A stretch of 64,000 nt of DNA from Eledone cirrhosa (taxonomy: Eukaryota), in NCBI GenBank assembly GCA_964016885.1, contig OZ024742.1:171058001-171122000 (forward strand). The letters run 5' to 3'. How positions within the stretch are numbered: position 1 is the first letter of the stretch; every line of letters starts with the position of its first letter. The position numbers were made by a program, and so were the translations under genes. The notes beneath the pieces were generated by a model, which was not told the origin of the DNA, ran no database searches, and saw only the letters and a program-made list of their open reading frames with translations. Of the stretch, positions 41,278 to 54,354 are shown in pieces.

Positions 41278-41477
41278 TCTATCTAAGGCGGGTAAAATTT
41301 CCGAGATCCATGGACGAGTTCTCTCCAGCGGTCTCTGTCCCTCATTATCGCTGCCATGTCCTGCGTCTCCAACAGACCAGTGCCTGTCCTTAGGGCATCA
41401 ACATACGTTAACCTTGGTCTTCCTCTTCTAGTGTGTCCATGTAGGGGCTCCCAAAGGAGCACTGAGTGCAATGTCAA
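41276..41477 (-). mobile_element. 5'-truncated copy of the RTE LINE (last ~200 bp)
   Basis: [27 protein letters not shown]...FYPP matches the C-terminus of 8202-11297; TAGA tail; TA flanks. Confidence 0.92.
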
Positions 41478-41548
41478 TATATATATATGTGTGTATATAT
41501 ATATATATATATAAATGTGTGTGTGTATGTATATATATATATGTATAC

Positions 41549-41614
<66 letters not shown>

Positions 41615-41769
41615 AAACGTATGACCCCGACGGCAGAGTTCAAGCCGTTTCGACGGCCATTTCTGGACTAAATTAGAATTTTTAGCCTGGTGAATAAATA
41701 GCCGAACTTGTCAAGGGGGTACTTCCTTATATGGGAAGATTGTAGTTGTCAAGAGGATTGCTTAAAATC

Positions 41770-43826
41770 CACCGAGAAAACTTTACCTTCGGATGCTCAC
41801 GCAAAAAATCGACTTTTTTGCGAAAAGACTAAGATGGAGATCTTTTTTCTACGATATATACCGCGACAATCAGGACTTCGACACGAAGGATAGATTCGGA
41901 TTCAATACCTACAAATCTCCTCCTCCGAACCCTATGCTCTCACCCTTCGAGAACGATCTTTTCCACCTGGTCAAGAGCATTAAATTCAAACCCAAACACA
42001 ACAGATTCCTCAACAACTCCGTAGCAAAATAACAGAGTATGAAAACACCAACGACATCATGGTGCACTCGGACAAAAGTGGAAACCTCTACTTCGTCAAC
42101 CCTGGCAGATACCACACAATGATCAGGAGCAACCTAAACTCCACTTATAAAAAGGCTAACCATTCAATTATCTAGGACATAACTCGAGATGGACAACAAA
42201 TTACCTCCAGCCCCGGGGTCGCCGACCGCACTGAACCCCTAGACCTACGGACTGCCTACTTCACACTGAATGACCACAAATCCGACCTCGACTGCAAACC
42301 ATCCATTAGGCTTATAAACCCAACGAAGTCGGACATAGGGAGAATCAGTAAAAAGATCCTAGACCGAGTTATACCAAAAGTTATGCAAAACGTGAGACTT
42401 AGCCTATGGGTCAGCACCAAGGAAGTAATCTCATGGTTCAGGAATATGGAGGACAAACGAGACAAAAAAATTCATCCAGTTTGACATAGAGAGTTACTAT
42501 GCATCTATTACCTTGCCGCTCCTTGGACTTTGCCGAAACGCTCACACCCATCACTGACCAGGAAATAAATATCATTCTCCAGTCCTACTTTTCGACAACT
42601 CCAAGTGGATAAAGAGAGCTCCCGACTTCCCCTTCGACGTCAGTATGGGCGCGACGGATTCGGCCGAGGTCGCAGATCTTATAGGATTATTCCTACTATT
42701 TAAACTCACCGAAATGTTTCCTGCATTCGGAGGTGGATTGTACCGGGATGATGGGCTCATCACCCTCAAAGAGTACAACCCCAGTAGTACAGACCGGGTC
42801 CGTAAACAACTAATCAACGTCCTACAAACGTCCCTAAGCCGAGTCAATTTCCTGGACGTTACCCTTAACCTCTAAAATGATCTGTACTACCCATACAGGA
42901 AACCAAACGACAACCTGCACTACATCCACCGCCGCTCTAACCATCCTAGAAACATCACCAATAACCTGTGTATAAACATCTCCCTCCGCATATCTCGTAT
43001 GTCCGCTAATGAGCAGATATTCGACGAACACGCGCCTCATTACAACCAGGCCCTCAAGCGGAGTGGCTTCCGGTAGGAAATATCCTTTTATCCAGCTTCC
43101 CTTAGCGGAACCAGCAGGCGACACCGCCGTTCACGCAACGTAACGTGGTTCAATCCTCCCCATAATGCCGAGGTGGCAATACCTATCGGGAAAATCTTCT
43201 TTAGACTCCTCGAAAAACACTTCCCACTACAACACCGCTACCACAACATAATCAACAAAAACACCACCAAACTCTCCTACAGCACCACACCTAACTTCGC
43301 ACAAAACATCGTCTCCTCAAACAAGAAAAAACTCAACCCCTATGGGAGAAATAACCTAGACATCAGTGGAGAGCCGACCAGGAGGTGTACCTGCCCTGAT
43401 AGATCTACGTGCCCGCTCAACAACAAATGCCGAGAACGTAACGTGATCTACCAGTGCAACGTGAGGACGGACACCTTCAACAAAGCTTATATAGGATTAA
43501 CCGCGTATGACTTCAAGACCCGGCTCTAACAACACCGACATACTTTCCGAAAACCGGTCCGGCGACATGCCACTACACTTTTGGGCCACATCTGGGACCT
43601 CCAAGATAATAATATAACCTACAATCTCACTTGGAGCTTACTGTCCAGAGTTAACTCTTACACGGGAGCACGCCGTCCGTGTAACTTATGCTCGGAGGAA
43701 ACATTACAAAAACTGTTTTCGAAGGACCAACTCCTAAACAAGAAAGACGAACTGGTAACCGCATGCAAACACAGATTGCGTAGGACTTACCTCGCCCTCA
43801 AACCCCATAACGACCCGGGTGGGTAG
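41770..43826 (+). pseudogene. PLE RT + GIY-YIG ORF, disrupted
   Basis: RLRWR, SDKSGN, RLINPTKSDIG, FDIESYY, MGATDSAE, GLYRDDGL, VNFLDVTL, SNHP, WFNPP, CTCPDRSTCPL, VIYQC, YIGLT, CNLC, LLNKK..CKH. Confidence 0.9.
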
Positions 43827-44501
43827 ACAAGGGCTGATACCCCCACTTGCCGAATAAGTTAGGGGAAACCCCAGCTTACTTAGGTAGATGTATCTCTTTT
43901 CTTTTTTTTCCTCTTTGTCTTCTTCTTCCCTCTGTCTCATCCTATCACTTCCTTCCACCCCCTATTCTCTTCCTCGTCTGCTTTTCCTCTTTCGCCTATC
44001 CTGATGCAGCCCATCGGACCCCTGTAGCATCAGTTTCCCCACCCCTGTAATTTTAAGATAGAATTGGCCGAATACATTTTACTAACTACATGTAGTAGAC
44101 GTGTTAAACCCCTTTAATTTTGTATCAGTTCTGGTACTACTCAATTTCTACAAGTTTTTTTCTATTCTCAACTTATTAACCTGTAATTGTAAGATAGCAT
44201 TGTAATTTTTTTTATTCATTTCTCACTATATATATATATTTTTTTTTTCTATTATCTTTTATTATCTCCTACTCTCATTCGACTTACCTATTCTATAACC
44301 TCCCTCCTCTACTTCTTACACTATCCTTAGCATCTGCTGTATACATATCACATTCAACGCTTGACCACTCCACTCACACCCCTATTGTTCTACAGGCAAG
44401 TTCAGCCACCCTACCTCCCACCAAATGCCATGATAGACTTATTTGTGTTTACAACAAATTTTAACCAATCCTCTTGACAACTACAATCTTCCCATATAAG
44501 G

Positions 44502-44610
44502 AAGTACACCCTTGACAAGTTCGGCTATTTATTCACCAGGCTAAAAATTCTAATTTAGTCCAGAAATAGCCGTCGAAACGGCTTGAGCTGTGCCGTCGGG
44601 GGTCATACTT
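44502..44610 (+). ncRNA. Type I hammerhead ribozyme, U3-A8 variant with full stem III (mirror copy at 41619-41724, minus)
   Basis: TTGACAA 44512-44518; stem II CGGCTATTT/AAATAGCCG; GAAA 44575-44578; stem III ACGGC/GCCGT; GUC site at 44597; stem I CCC/GGG plus AAGTA/TACTT. Confidence 0.8.
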
Positions 44611-44694
44611 TTTCCTATTTCCCACTCTACTACCTTAAGTATTGAATACTCTAGTGCGTTATGGTCCATCTGGTTCCTTACCACAATTCCTTTG

Positions 44695-44735
<41 letters not shown>

Positions 44736-44789
44736 GTAATATTAATCTTTTATTGTTTTACTAAAATGTACCCTGTTCACATTATAAAA

Positions 44790-44945
44790 TGGTTGACATT
44801 AGGAACGGCATCTAATAGAAATCATGCCGAAGCATGGAATGTATGAGAATTGCATTATATCCGAACCATTATGTCTTGGACTGTGACAACCCACCCCCAC
44901 CCATGCCACCATGGAAAGTGGACTTAATATGATGATGATGATGAC
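44790..44945 (+). mobile_element. Short repeat ending in an RTE-type 3' tail with (GAT)n
   Basis: CCCATGCCACCATGGAAAGTGGAC..(GAT)n; related tails at ~22075(-), 35655(+), 55310(-), 57230(-), 61150(-), 61950(-). Confidence 0.55.
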
Positions 44946-46329
44946 AATGGTGTAACATATGTTACCATATTTCCTTGCATGGAAGACCGTGTTTTTTTTT
45001 TCTTTCTAAAATATGTGTAGTAAATTTACTCTGCAATTTGTAGGCTGAAGTTTATGAATATCATTTTATGCTAAACATTTTTTTTCAAAATTTAGCCAAT
45101 CAAAATGGCAGGTGAGGGACTCCATATTTGCTTCATTCCCTTTTTACAATGTACAAAATATTTGCATCCCAAATTAATCTGGATATTCCAAACCAGTGAT
45201 GGTGACTAATGTTAGCTTGGTATGTGTAGACATTTTACTTTCCTTGATAACTTTTTTATTGCAGTATCAGGTAGTATTGAATATTGGTCCCTGGGTCGCC
45301 TTTCTACTCACAACTATCAGGGCTGGAACACAAGTTACTTTTATGTTATGCATTTGTTTTAGTATAAGCTAAATGTTTAGAGATAAGCAGTATAGTTAAT
45401 ATGAATCATTGAAATATATGGTCAGGATTGTTTTGGAGAATCCAGTTCAATGCAACTTAGAAATATATCAATGTAAATGAAAGTAACATAGCAACAGTTT
45501 ACACTTATACTTTATATTCTATGATATTTGTTGGTATTGCCCACATTTTTACAAAAGAAAAGAAATACCGAGTGGAGTTGTATAAATTGTTACCATGTTT
45601 TGTTTGTCTTAATTTGTTCTACTCTTGCTTCTTTTATTTTTAATTTGCATTGTAGTGTCTTTTCCAAAACAATGTTAACTACATGTTTAATAAACATTTC
45701 ATAACATGACATTGCAGGTAGATTTTCTTTAAGTCCCCCATTTGTCACCGTCAGAACTCACGGTGTGTCATTGCTGACACAACATCACTTTTCTACACTC
45801 CATTATGTTTCTGAACTCCCATACTAATTGTTTATTTTGGTGATATTGTTGGATATTGTTACTCTGACTTTTATTGTTATTATTTGTGTGCAGTCCTCTC
45901 TTTTTAGATCTGATTAAATAGGTTAGCACTTTTGATATTAATCTGCCTGAAACAGCCCCTGGTTCTATGATGCAAAACCACTAGTTTTACAGTGTTGATA
46001 TTTATTTAGAAATCTTCCATCATAATTTTATATAAAAAATTTTATTCAGTTATGTTCAGAATTAATTAAAAATCATAGTCAGTGTGTTTCAATGGAAATA
46101 TAATTAAAGAGTTAGCATTACTAATTGAACAATGTATAACTGGTATATGAACCAAACTTGAATTGTCATGTTTATTTGATCCTACCATTATTATTGGTAC
46201 ACTTTCTATAACCATTCCTCCTATTTTAGCCATTGATAAATGAGAAAGTTTGATAATGCGCTCCACATTTGTGTTTCTGGCTACAATGAGGTGTGTTTAA
46301 GGGAACATTTAAACTTTCTGGGATTTTAG

Positions 46330-47030
46330 TTAAACAATGAGATGCTTTCGAAAACAATTATATCCTCACCATGTAAATCTGTAAGTTTTTGACAAGTTAC
46401 GTAAGAGTTGTAGGCCCTTGAATCTCAAGCTATTGGAGTATTTGATTCTTACTTTAAATGATGAGGGGAATATTTAGCCTTATGAATTGGCATCCTGTTT
46501 AAGGATTGGTGCACCAAAGTTTGGTGCTTACAATTCCAGGATATTATATATATATTACTGCATATATTTCCTGTCTTCACTCTAAGCAGTAGAGTCTTAA
46601 TTCTTCCAGTCTCTCTCAGTAGATTCTAAGTTTCATTAAGGCAATCTTCATGGCGTAGTATCGTTGGATTGTTTCAAAATCCACAGTGAAGTTAACACAA
46701 CTGAGGGAAAATATCCTCAACAGGGCCAACATAGTTTTCTGTTTTTTTTGTTCTGAATAACCAAGAGTTCACCTTACCAGTTGCCTGGATATTGCTACTA
46801 TCTTAGTGAGATGTACAGAAATTGATGCATCATTGTTCTTATCGATCAACAAATCATGCACTGATTTACATTCTGCGATTGCAATCCCTCCTGGTCCAGA
46901 GTATATTTGGTGAGTGCTTGTGTTGAAAGATGAGATGTTGAAAATGTCAAGCAATAAACTGCCAGTTGTTTTCTTTTGTAGAGTAATAGCGGCAACAGTA
47001 TACTCGAGTCGGTGTTTTAGTTTCATATCA
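46330..47030 (-). mobile_element. Decayed CR1/L2-like LINE RT C-terminal fragment
   Basis: Minus strand YSGPGGIAIAECKSVHDLLID...VHLTK, then FETIQRYYAMKI...ERLEELRLYCLE*RQE (QR...ERL..L.LYSLE.RR motif). Confidence 0.65.
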
Positions 47031-47185
47031 GTTTAGTTAATGAGAGTGGCTGCCTGTATAACAGATTGTCTGAGAGAAACCCTACATACATCAGTGGACT
47101 CTAAACAGTTGCCTAAGTGACTTCACTCACTATTAATGTTTGCTTTGAGTGGGTACCATTAGCTGCAACAGGCTGGCTTCTGTCT

Positions 47186-47236
<51 letters not shown>

Positions 47237-47409
47237 GTGTGTGTGTGTGTCAGGTTCAATCGGAGGTAACCACATAGCAGAGTATAAATATTTAATATAG
47301 AAATGGCTTCTACAGGACTAGAACTCTTTCATTTGAAGGAAATCATCAGGAAAACCCAGAACTTTATATCTATGTACATAAATTCATACATTCACACCTA
47401 TCTACATGC

Positions 47410-47454
<45 letters not shown>

Positions 47455-49156
47455 TGTATAGTTTATGACAATAAATAGTGATATATTAACAGCACGGTAA
47501 AATTAATTAGTGTGTGCTTTGAGAGTATCTAATGTTGAGGTAGTTAATTAGTTAGATTCTCTCAAAGTTATATGTTCAATTCAGCAGTGCAGTGCCTTTT
47601 GTATGTCTTTTACCATAATACTGAGTTAAACGAAGCCAGTTTAGTGAAAGTGAATAAAACAAAGATATTTGAAAGAATTTTGCAAACACTGTACCTGCTA
47701 TTTACATAATATGTCACACATAATCTCAGCAAGGAATATATGTAGATTAAATCTGTCTTTAGAATACTCACCTTCTTACATTGTATACACAGATAATCAG
47801 CTAATTTGCACAGACATTTTATGAAAGAAAATAAGCAGATTGTCAGATACTACCAAGGAAACAACAATTCCATTAGTTTTTTTCTGTTGATCATGCTATC
47901 TGTTGGCTGCAATTCTTTACAGAAGATGGGATTTGAACTCAGAATGCACACTGTCAAATTGAATACTGCATGGCGTTCCATCCAGTTCTTTAAAAATTCC
48001 ACGAAACAACTGCTCTTGGACTGGTAATTTATTTATCAACCTCAAAAGGATGAAAGGCAAAGATGCTCTCAACAAGATTTAACCTCAGAGCACAGTGAGT
48101 CAAAACCAATACCAATGCTTTTAGCCACTGTCTTAACTGAACCACTACTATATCAATCTCTCTGTGAGGCTTCAACGATCACTGGTTCCTAGATTTCCTC
48201 CTAACCAATTTATAAATAATAGTTTTTAATTGAGGCACAATGCCATCAATGTTGAAGGGATCGGAATGTTAGTTAATTTATTCTAGTATTTGACTGGTAT
48301 TTTATGTTATTAAATCTGAAACGATGAAAAGTAAAGTTGACTTTGGCAGTTTTTAAATTCAGAATGTAAAGAAATGGAACAAATGCTGTAATGCATTTTG
48401 TCCTAATGATTCTGCCAACTCACTGTCCTCCCTAACATAAATAATAAGAAGAAAGAGGTAGCTACTGTTCACTCAGTGGAGAGACAAGTAAGCAAAGTAC
48501 AGCAATCTTTGAATAATATCTCTGAAGCCTAGATTGCAAAATAAAATTGAATTATAAAATTTTTACTGAAGTGTTTGCTACAGATGGTAAAATATAACCA
48601 ACTGTTTCATTATATTTAAATAAATAAATGTATAGATATATAGGATTAGTTCTAATTAATAAGATAATGAATATTAAAACTATTAACCTCATCTTTAAAC
48701 CTTATTTTTGTTATTAGGGCATTGGATCAAATGCCTCAGTATGGGTTTTAGCTCATTACAATCTGAGTTCAAATTCTGCCAAAGTCAACTTTGACTTTCA
48801 TCCTTCCATGGTTGGTAAATAAAGCACCAGTTCAGATGTGGTGGATTGTTGGAATTACCAAGAACTCGGGTGGGATTTTTGTAGTATCTAATCAAAATTT
48901 GTTCATTTGGAGATAAATACCACCTCTTCCTGTAATATAAGCCATACAAAGAGCAATGGAAATACTATTTCCTCAGTCCAATCTGACAATGAGCTCCTTT
49001 TCTTTTACCCTTATAGCAGTGCTGGTTTATTAGGAAAGATTTTATTATATTTAATTTAAACATAAAATTCTCTAAATTTAATTCAGTCTGGGTATATTGT
49101 GTTTACTGTTCAGTGAGGGAAGGAAGGGCAATGGCAATGACCATTTATTTTTTCAG

Positions 49157-49632
49157 AGGTTTCAAGAATGGTAGGAGAAAAGGAAGTTGTCATCCTCAAA
49201 TTGTGAACATGGCTAAATGCTTTTGACAGAGAATAAAATCTGCTAAGAATACTCAAGGACCAGGTGCTGTTGTTAAACTAGGCAGTGGATTTAATCCAAA
49301 TGATCGTGTTAAACAATGTGGTAGTGCTAAACTAGGTGATGGAGTTAAACCAGGTGCTGGTGTTAAACCAGGTAGTGATGTTAAAACAAGTGGTGGTGTG
49401 AGACTGTGGTGGTATTAAACTATATAGAGGTGTTAGACCAGGTGGTAGTGTTAAAGCAGGTGATGTTATTAAACCAGGTGGTGGTGTTAAAGCAGGTGGT
49501 GGGGTTAAACCAGGTGGTGGGGTTAAACTATGTGGTGGTGTTAAACTATGTGATGCTGTTAAACCAGGTGGTGCTGTTAAACCAGGTGGTGCTGTTAAAC
49601 CAGTTGGTGGTGATATATCAGGGAATAATTGA
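49157..49632 (+). repeat. 18-bp tandem repeat (GGTGGTGSTGTTAAACCA) that could encode GG(G/A)VKP; possible pseudo-exon
   Basis: About 19 units at 49260-49610; acceptor-like TTTATTTTTTCAG ending at 49156; in-frame TGA at 49224 and a frameshift near 49404. Confidence 0.6.
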
Positions 49633-50728
49633 AGTCTCTTTATAAAGAACTCAAATCCCAAATAACCCAAGTAAATATCATAAGATATCTTGTGGAATGC
49701 TCTAACAATTGCCACTAATCCAGTGCCTGGACTAACATTTTGTTTTGTCAAGATTGAGTAGATAAATGTCAGGATTTGAACTTAGAGTGCAAAAGGTTGA
49801 AACAAATACCAAACTGATGCTACAATGATTCTGCCAATTTGTCATTTACATATCGAAGAATAAAAAAACACAACATCTGATGATAATGAGGATGATGATG
49901 ATGATGAGGATGATGATAATGATGATGATCATGGAGATGATGATTAGGGTAATGATAGAATGATTGGAGGTTAAAATGAATGAAATCTAGCATAGCTCAT
50001 CATCATAATCATCATCATTATGGCTTAACTTTGCAGATAGAGATTCATAAAAGGGTAAGGGTGGCCTGTTCACATCAACTGCAGGGTCACCAGGAACTGA
50101 TGAGACTAACACAGGTATGGTCCTAATTCTGTCTTGAGTTTGCTGTTATATCATGGTTCTTTCTCATGCATATTTAGGTTTTAAAGTCAGCTTTGTATGA
50201 ATTCTTGAAGGCAGAGACAAATAAATGATTGGTGTCTCATTAATAGAATAACAGCAATACTATCTATATTTATTATGTATATACAAATAGTATTAATATA
50301 CAGTTTAATGATGAGCTATGGGATTCAACGCAAAGGCTGATATGGTCCCATATATAGCATGTTTATGTATAATAAACATACTTATAATCTCACTATGATC
50401 TCACTGTGAGTATTAAAAAACACTATACGAGCATATATATGTATAGGGATGTCAGGGTCTTTATCCATTGTTAACAATGCTAAATTACTAGAGGATACTG
50501 AGGTATTGAAAACAATATCTGCATATAGATTTCGTAAACGATATTTTTGTTGAATGCTTATTTACATACTGAGCAAACTTGATGTGCTAGTAATTTTTAA
50601 TGAGAGTACTAACACAGCATGTTTCAGGAACAAATGCATATATGGATCCTTATAGAATTTGTTTATGAATAAATCTTATATAATGTCTGTCTGCTGAATT
50701 GCCTCTTAATACATCCATATATAAAAAC

Positions 50729-50762
<34 letters not shown>

Positions 50763-50781
50763 TAACCACACACATACACAC

Positions 50782-50838
<57 letters not shown>

Positions 50839-50855
50839 TATATAACCACACACAT

Positions 50856-50888
<33 letters not shown>

Positions 50889-51091
50889 ATTTTACTTCTT
50901 ATTGGTCACAATTAAGTGAAACATGACTTTCTAATAATGGAAGATTTACCAGCTAGTCCCTGTTTTGGTACCGACTGTTGGTGATCAGGGTTAGTTTCCA
51001 GTGACAGTCTGGTGATTCTAGGGATGTAGGGGGAGGGTTATATCAGTGGATCTCCTTGACATTTAAAATTTTTTAAAAATTATTATTAATA

Positions 51092-51144
<53 letters not shown>

Positions 51145-51344
51145 GGTCTATGTGCATCATTTGAAGTGGTGCATGTTAAATATGGAATTATAGGAGGACT
51201 TAAAATCTTTGTACGTACCTCTTTTGACATTACTCGTATCCGCTGAAAAAGATAGGAAAAAAAATAATTTTATTAATGCGCCATCAAAAATTTCGATATC
51301 AGGTTAAAAAAAAAAATACTTAATATAGATGTCAGTGCTTACAA

Positions 51345-52030
51345 ATTGATGATGATGATAATGTTGATAATGATAAGGGATGATGAAAGTGTTGATGATG
51401 GGAACTTTGCTGACATTGACTGTGGTGGTGATGATAGTATTGGTGATCGTGGGGGTGATGACGGGGAAGATGCTGATAATGATGATGATATATATATATG
51501 ATAATGATGGCAATAATGAGGATGATGGTGATGATGATGATGATGGTGATGATGATATCAAAAGATGGCACTGACATCAATTGATATGAAATATGAAGAA
51601 AAATAAAAAAAATATATATCAAACAAAGTGCTGCCCCAGCATGGCCACAGTCTAATGACTAAAACAAGTAAAAGAACAACAAAATAAAACAAACAAAATT
51701 TAAAAAGCAAATAAAAGGAAAATATGTTTTAAGGTGAACAATGAATGAAGAAAAATGATAGAAGTGATATAAATATTATGGTGATGGTGATGGTGATGCT
51801 GGGGATGGTGATAGTGTTGGTGATGATGAAGATGGTGGGGACAGTGATGGTGGTGGTAATGAGGATAATGGAGATAATGATATTGAATATGAGAACAATG
51901 GTGATTGAGATTATGATGATGCTCTAGATGATGATTATAATGATGATGATGATGCAGGTTATGATAATGATAACATGAATGATAATGATTATGATGAGGA
52001 TGAGTTTGATGATGTCAATGATGATGATAA
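51345..52030. repeat. (GAT)n/(GGT)n low-complexity tracts
   Basis: Direct reading. Confidence 0.75.
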
Positions 52031-52044
52031 TACTAATATTAATA

Positions 52045-52457
52045 ATAATTGTTTCTACTTTAGGCACAAGGCCAGCAATTACCCAGTACATTACTGGTAC
52101 TTTATTTTATCGACCCCGTATGGATGAAAGGCAAAATTAATCTCGGCGGGATTTGAAATCAGATTGTAAAGAGACATAACTATGCTAGAAAGCATGTCCG
52201 ACCCTCTACTGATACTGCCAGCAATTTTTGGGGAAGGGAAAATCAAATAAATAGACCCCAGTGCATTAATGGTGCTTTATTTATTTACCCCATAAGGATG
52301 AAAGCCAAAGCTAACCTTGGCAGGATTTGAACTCAGTCAGTTGTGTTTTGAGTTCAAATCCTGCTAAGGTTAGCTTTGCCCTTCGTCCTTATGGGGTCGA
52401 TAAATAAAGCACTAGTAATGCACTGGAGTCGATTTAATCGACTTTCCTCTCCTTGAA
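52045..52457. mobile_element. Cluster of three SINE pieces, including a head-to-head pair
   Basis: 52045-52220(-), 52220-52336(-), 52349-52457(+). Confidence 0.75.
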
Positions 52458-52480
52458 ATAATAATAATAATAATAATAAT

Positions 52481-54354
52481 TGATAAGATGGTAATGAGGA
52501 ATTGCAAGAGGAGACACACTGGTCTTGCCATGGGATGGATAGACTACAAAAAGGCATTTGACATGGTGCATGGATCACCAAAAGCCTAAAGATCTTCAAG
52601 GTGGCAGATAACATCAGACAGTTGTTGAGCAAAAGTATGAAGTCCTGGAAAACAGAGTTAACATCAGCTGGAGAATCCTTGGGAGGCATGAAGATCAAGA
52701 GAGGTATCTTCCAGAGAGATAGTCTGTCCTCTCTGTTGTTTGTCATTGCCCTGATGCCCCTGACCATTATACTGCGAAAAGTGAGAGCAGGATACAAGTT
52801 GGGAAAGGGAGAGCTTACCATCAATCACCTCCTCTTCATGGACGATCTTAAGCTCTTCGGGAAGATTGAGAAGGAGTTGGATGTGCTTGTTGACACTGTC
52901 CGTATTTTCAGCAATGATATATGTATGCAATTTGGTATTAGTAAGTGTGGAGGCCTTGTGATGAAGAGGGGTAAATTGAGCAGAAGCAACAGAATCCAGG
53001 TACCAACAGGTGAGATGATAAAGGAAATTGACACTGAAGAAGGATAAAGTATTTGGGTGTTCTGGAGGCTGATGACATCAAAAACAAAAAAAGAAGGAAT
53101 TGATAAGATCTGAATACATTCGGAGAGTAAGGAGCGTATTAAAGTCACATCTGAACAGTAGGAATGTCATAAGTGCAGTAAATTCCCGAGCTGTGTCTAT
53201 TATTAGGTACAGTGCGGGAATTCTGAGATGGAATGTTGCTGAACAAAAAGAAATGGATAGGAAGACTAGGAAGCTATTGACTATCTACAACATGTTCCAC
53301 AAGAGGAGTGATGTCGATAGACTCTACTTAAGGAGTTCTGAAGGTGGAAGAGGTCTTATCAGCATAGAGGACTGTGTTCAGATGGAGAAAAACAACTTAC
53401 ACAAATACGTGACTGATAGTAAGGAGCCAATGCTCAGAATTGTACTGAAGGAGAGGACAATAGACCAGGGGGAAATAACAAGGAAGAAATAACAAGGACA
53501 AAGAGCAGCCTTCATGAAAAATCCCTTCATAGTACCTTCTTTGAGAAAACTGAATTCAGAGATCCACAGACATGGAACTGGTTGAAAAGAGGAGACCTTA
53601 AAAAGACTACAGAAGGAATGATAATGGCTGCGCAAGAGCAGGCCCTCAAAACGAAGTGGCTGAAACACCATATTTACAAGGAGGAGGCTAGCCCACTGTG
53701 CAGGATCTGTGGAGAGAGAGAGAGAGGAGACTGTGGCTCACATTGTATCCGAGTGTAAACACCTAGCTCAGACTCACTATAAAGGAGACATGATGTGATG
53801 GGCAGGGTGATCCACTGGCACCTATGCAAAGTAATCAATTTACCATATTCTGAGAAGTGGTATGAGCATAAGCTAGAGTCGGTGATAGAAAACGATCAGG
53901 TGAAGGTGCTGTGGGATTTTAGGATACAGACGGACAAGAAACTGGAACACAATAGATCTGACCTGGTGGTTTTGGACAAGGAAAAAAGATCGTGCCTGAT
54001 TGTGGATGTGGCCTGCCCATTCGACACGAGAGTGCAAGAAAAGGAGAGGGAGAAAATTAACCGATACCAGGACTTAAAGTGGGAGGTAAAAAGGATTTGG
54101 AACTGCCATGAAGTCAAAGTGGTCCCGATTGTCATAGGCGCACTAGGTACTATCTCAAAAAGTTTCCAGGGATGGTTAAAGAAAATTGGCCCCACCCCGC
54201 TTTTTTGAACACTTCAAAAGGCATGCTTGCTGGGAACAGCAAGAATCCTCCGATACGTCCTGAATATCTGAGGCTGCAGGTAGTGGCTTGATATTCATTT
54301 CAACAAACTTTCCAGTTAACTAACATCAATGACTGAGACTCAAAAAACAATAAT
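52481..54354 (+). mobile_element. R4/Dong family B, 5'-truncated frameshifted copy (RT, CCHC, REL) next to (TAA)n
   Basis: DYKKAFD, RGIFQRDSLS, HLLFMDDLKLF, DVDRLYL..SEGGRGL, CRICG, WDFRIQTD..SDLVV..DVACP; (TAA)n at 52458-52480. Confidence 0.9.

Larger units (their letters stand above)
41610..44697 (+). mobile_element. Near full-length Hydra-clade-like Penelope-like element with 5' inverted segment, in (TA)n
   Basis: 41610-41768 is the reverse complement of 44458-44617; frameshifted RT + GIY-YIG lies between. Confidence 0.9.

Noticed and set aside
46781-46909. Apparent 129-nt host exon (+ strand, CAG/GTGAGT) and minus ORF 46769-47026
   Set aside because: The minus strand is continuous with decayed CR1/L2-like RT C-terminal motifs.
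47307-47352. Minus-strand CTGATGA...GAAA-GAGTTC-TA, and similar motifs at ~35253 and ~32215-32250
   Set aside because: Stem I or core positions are broken; not called as ribozymes.
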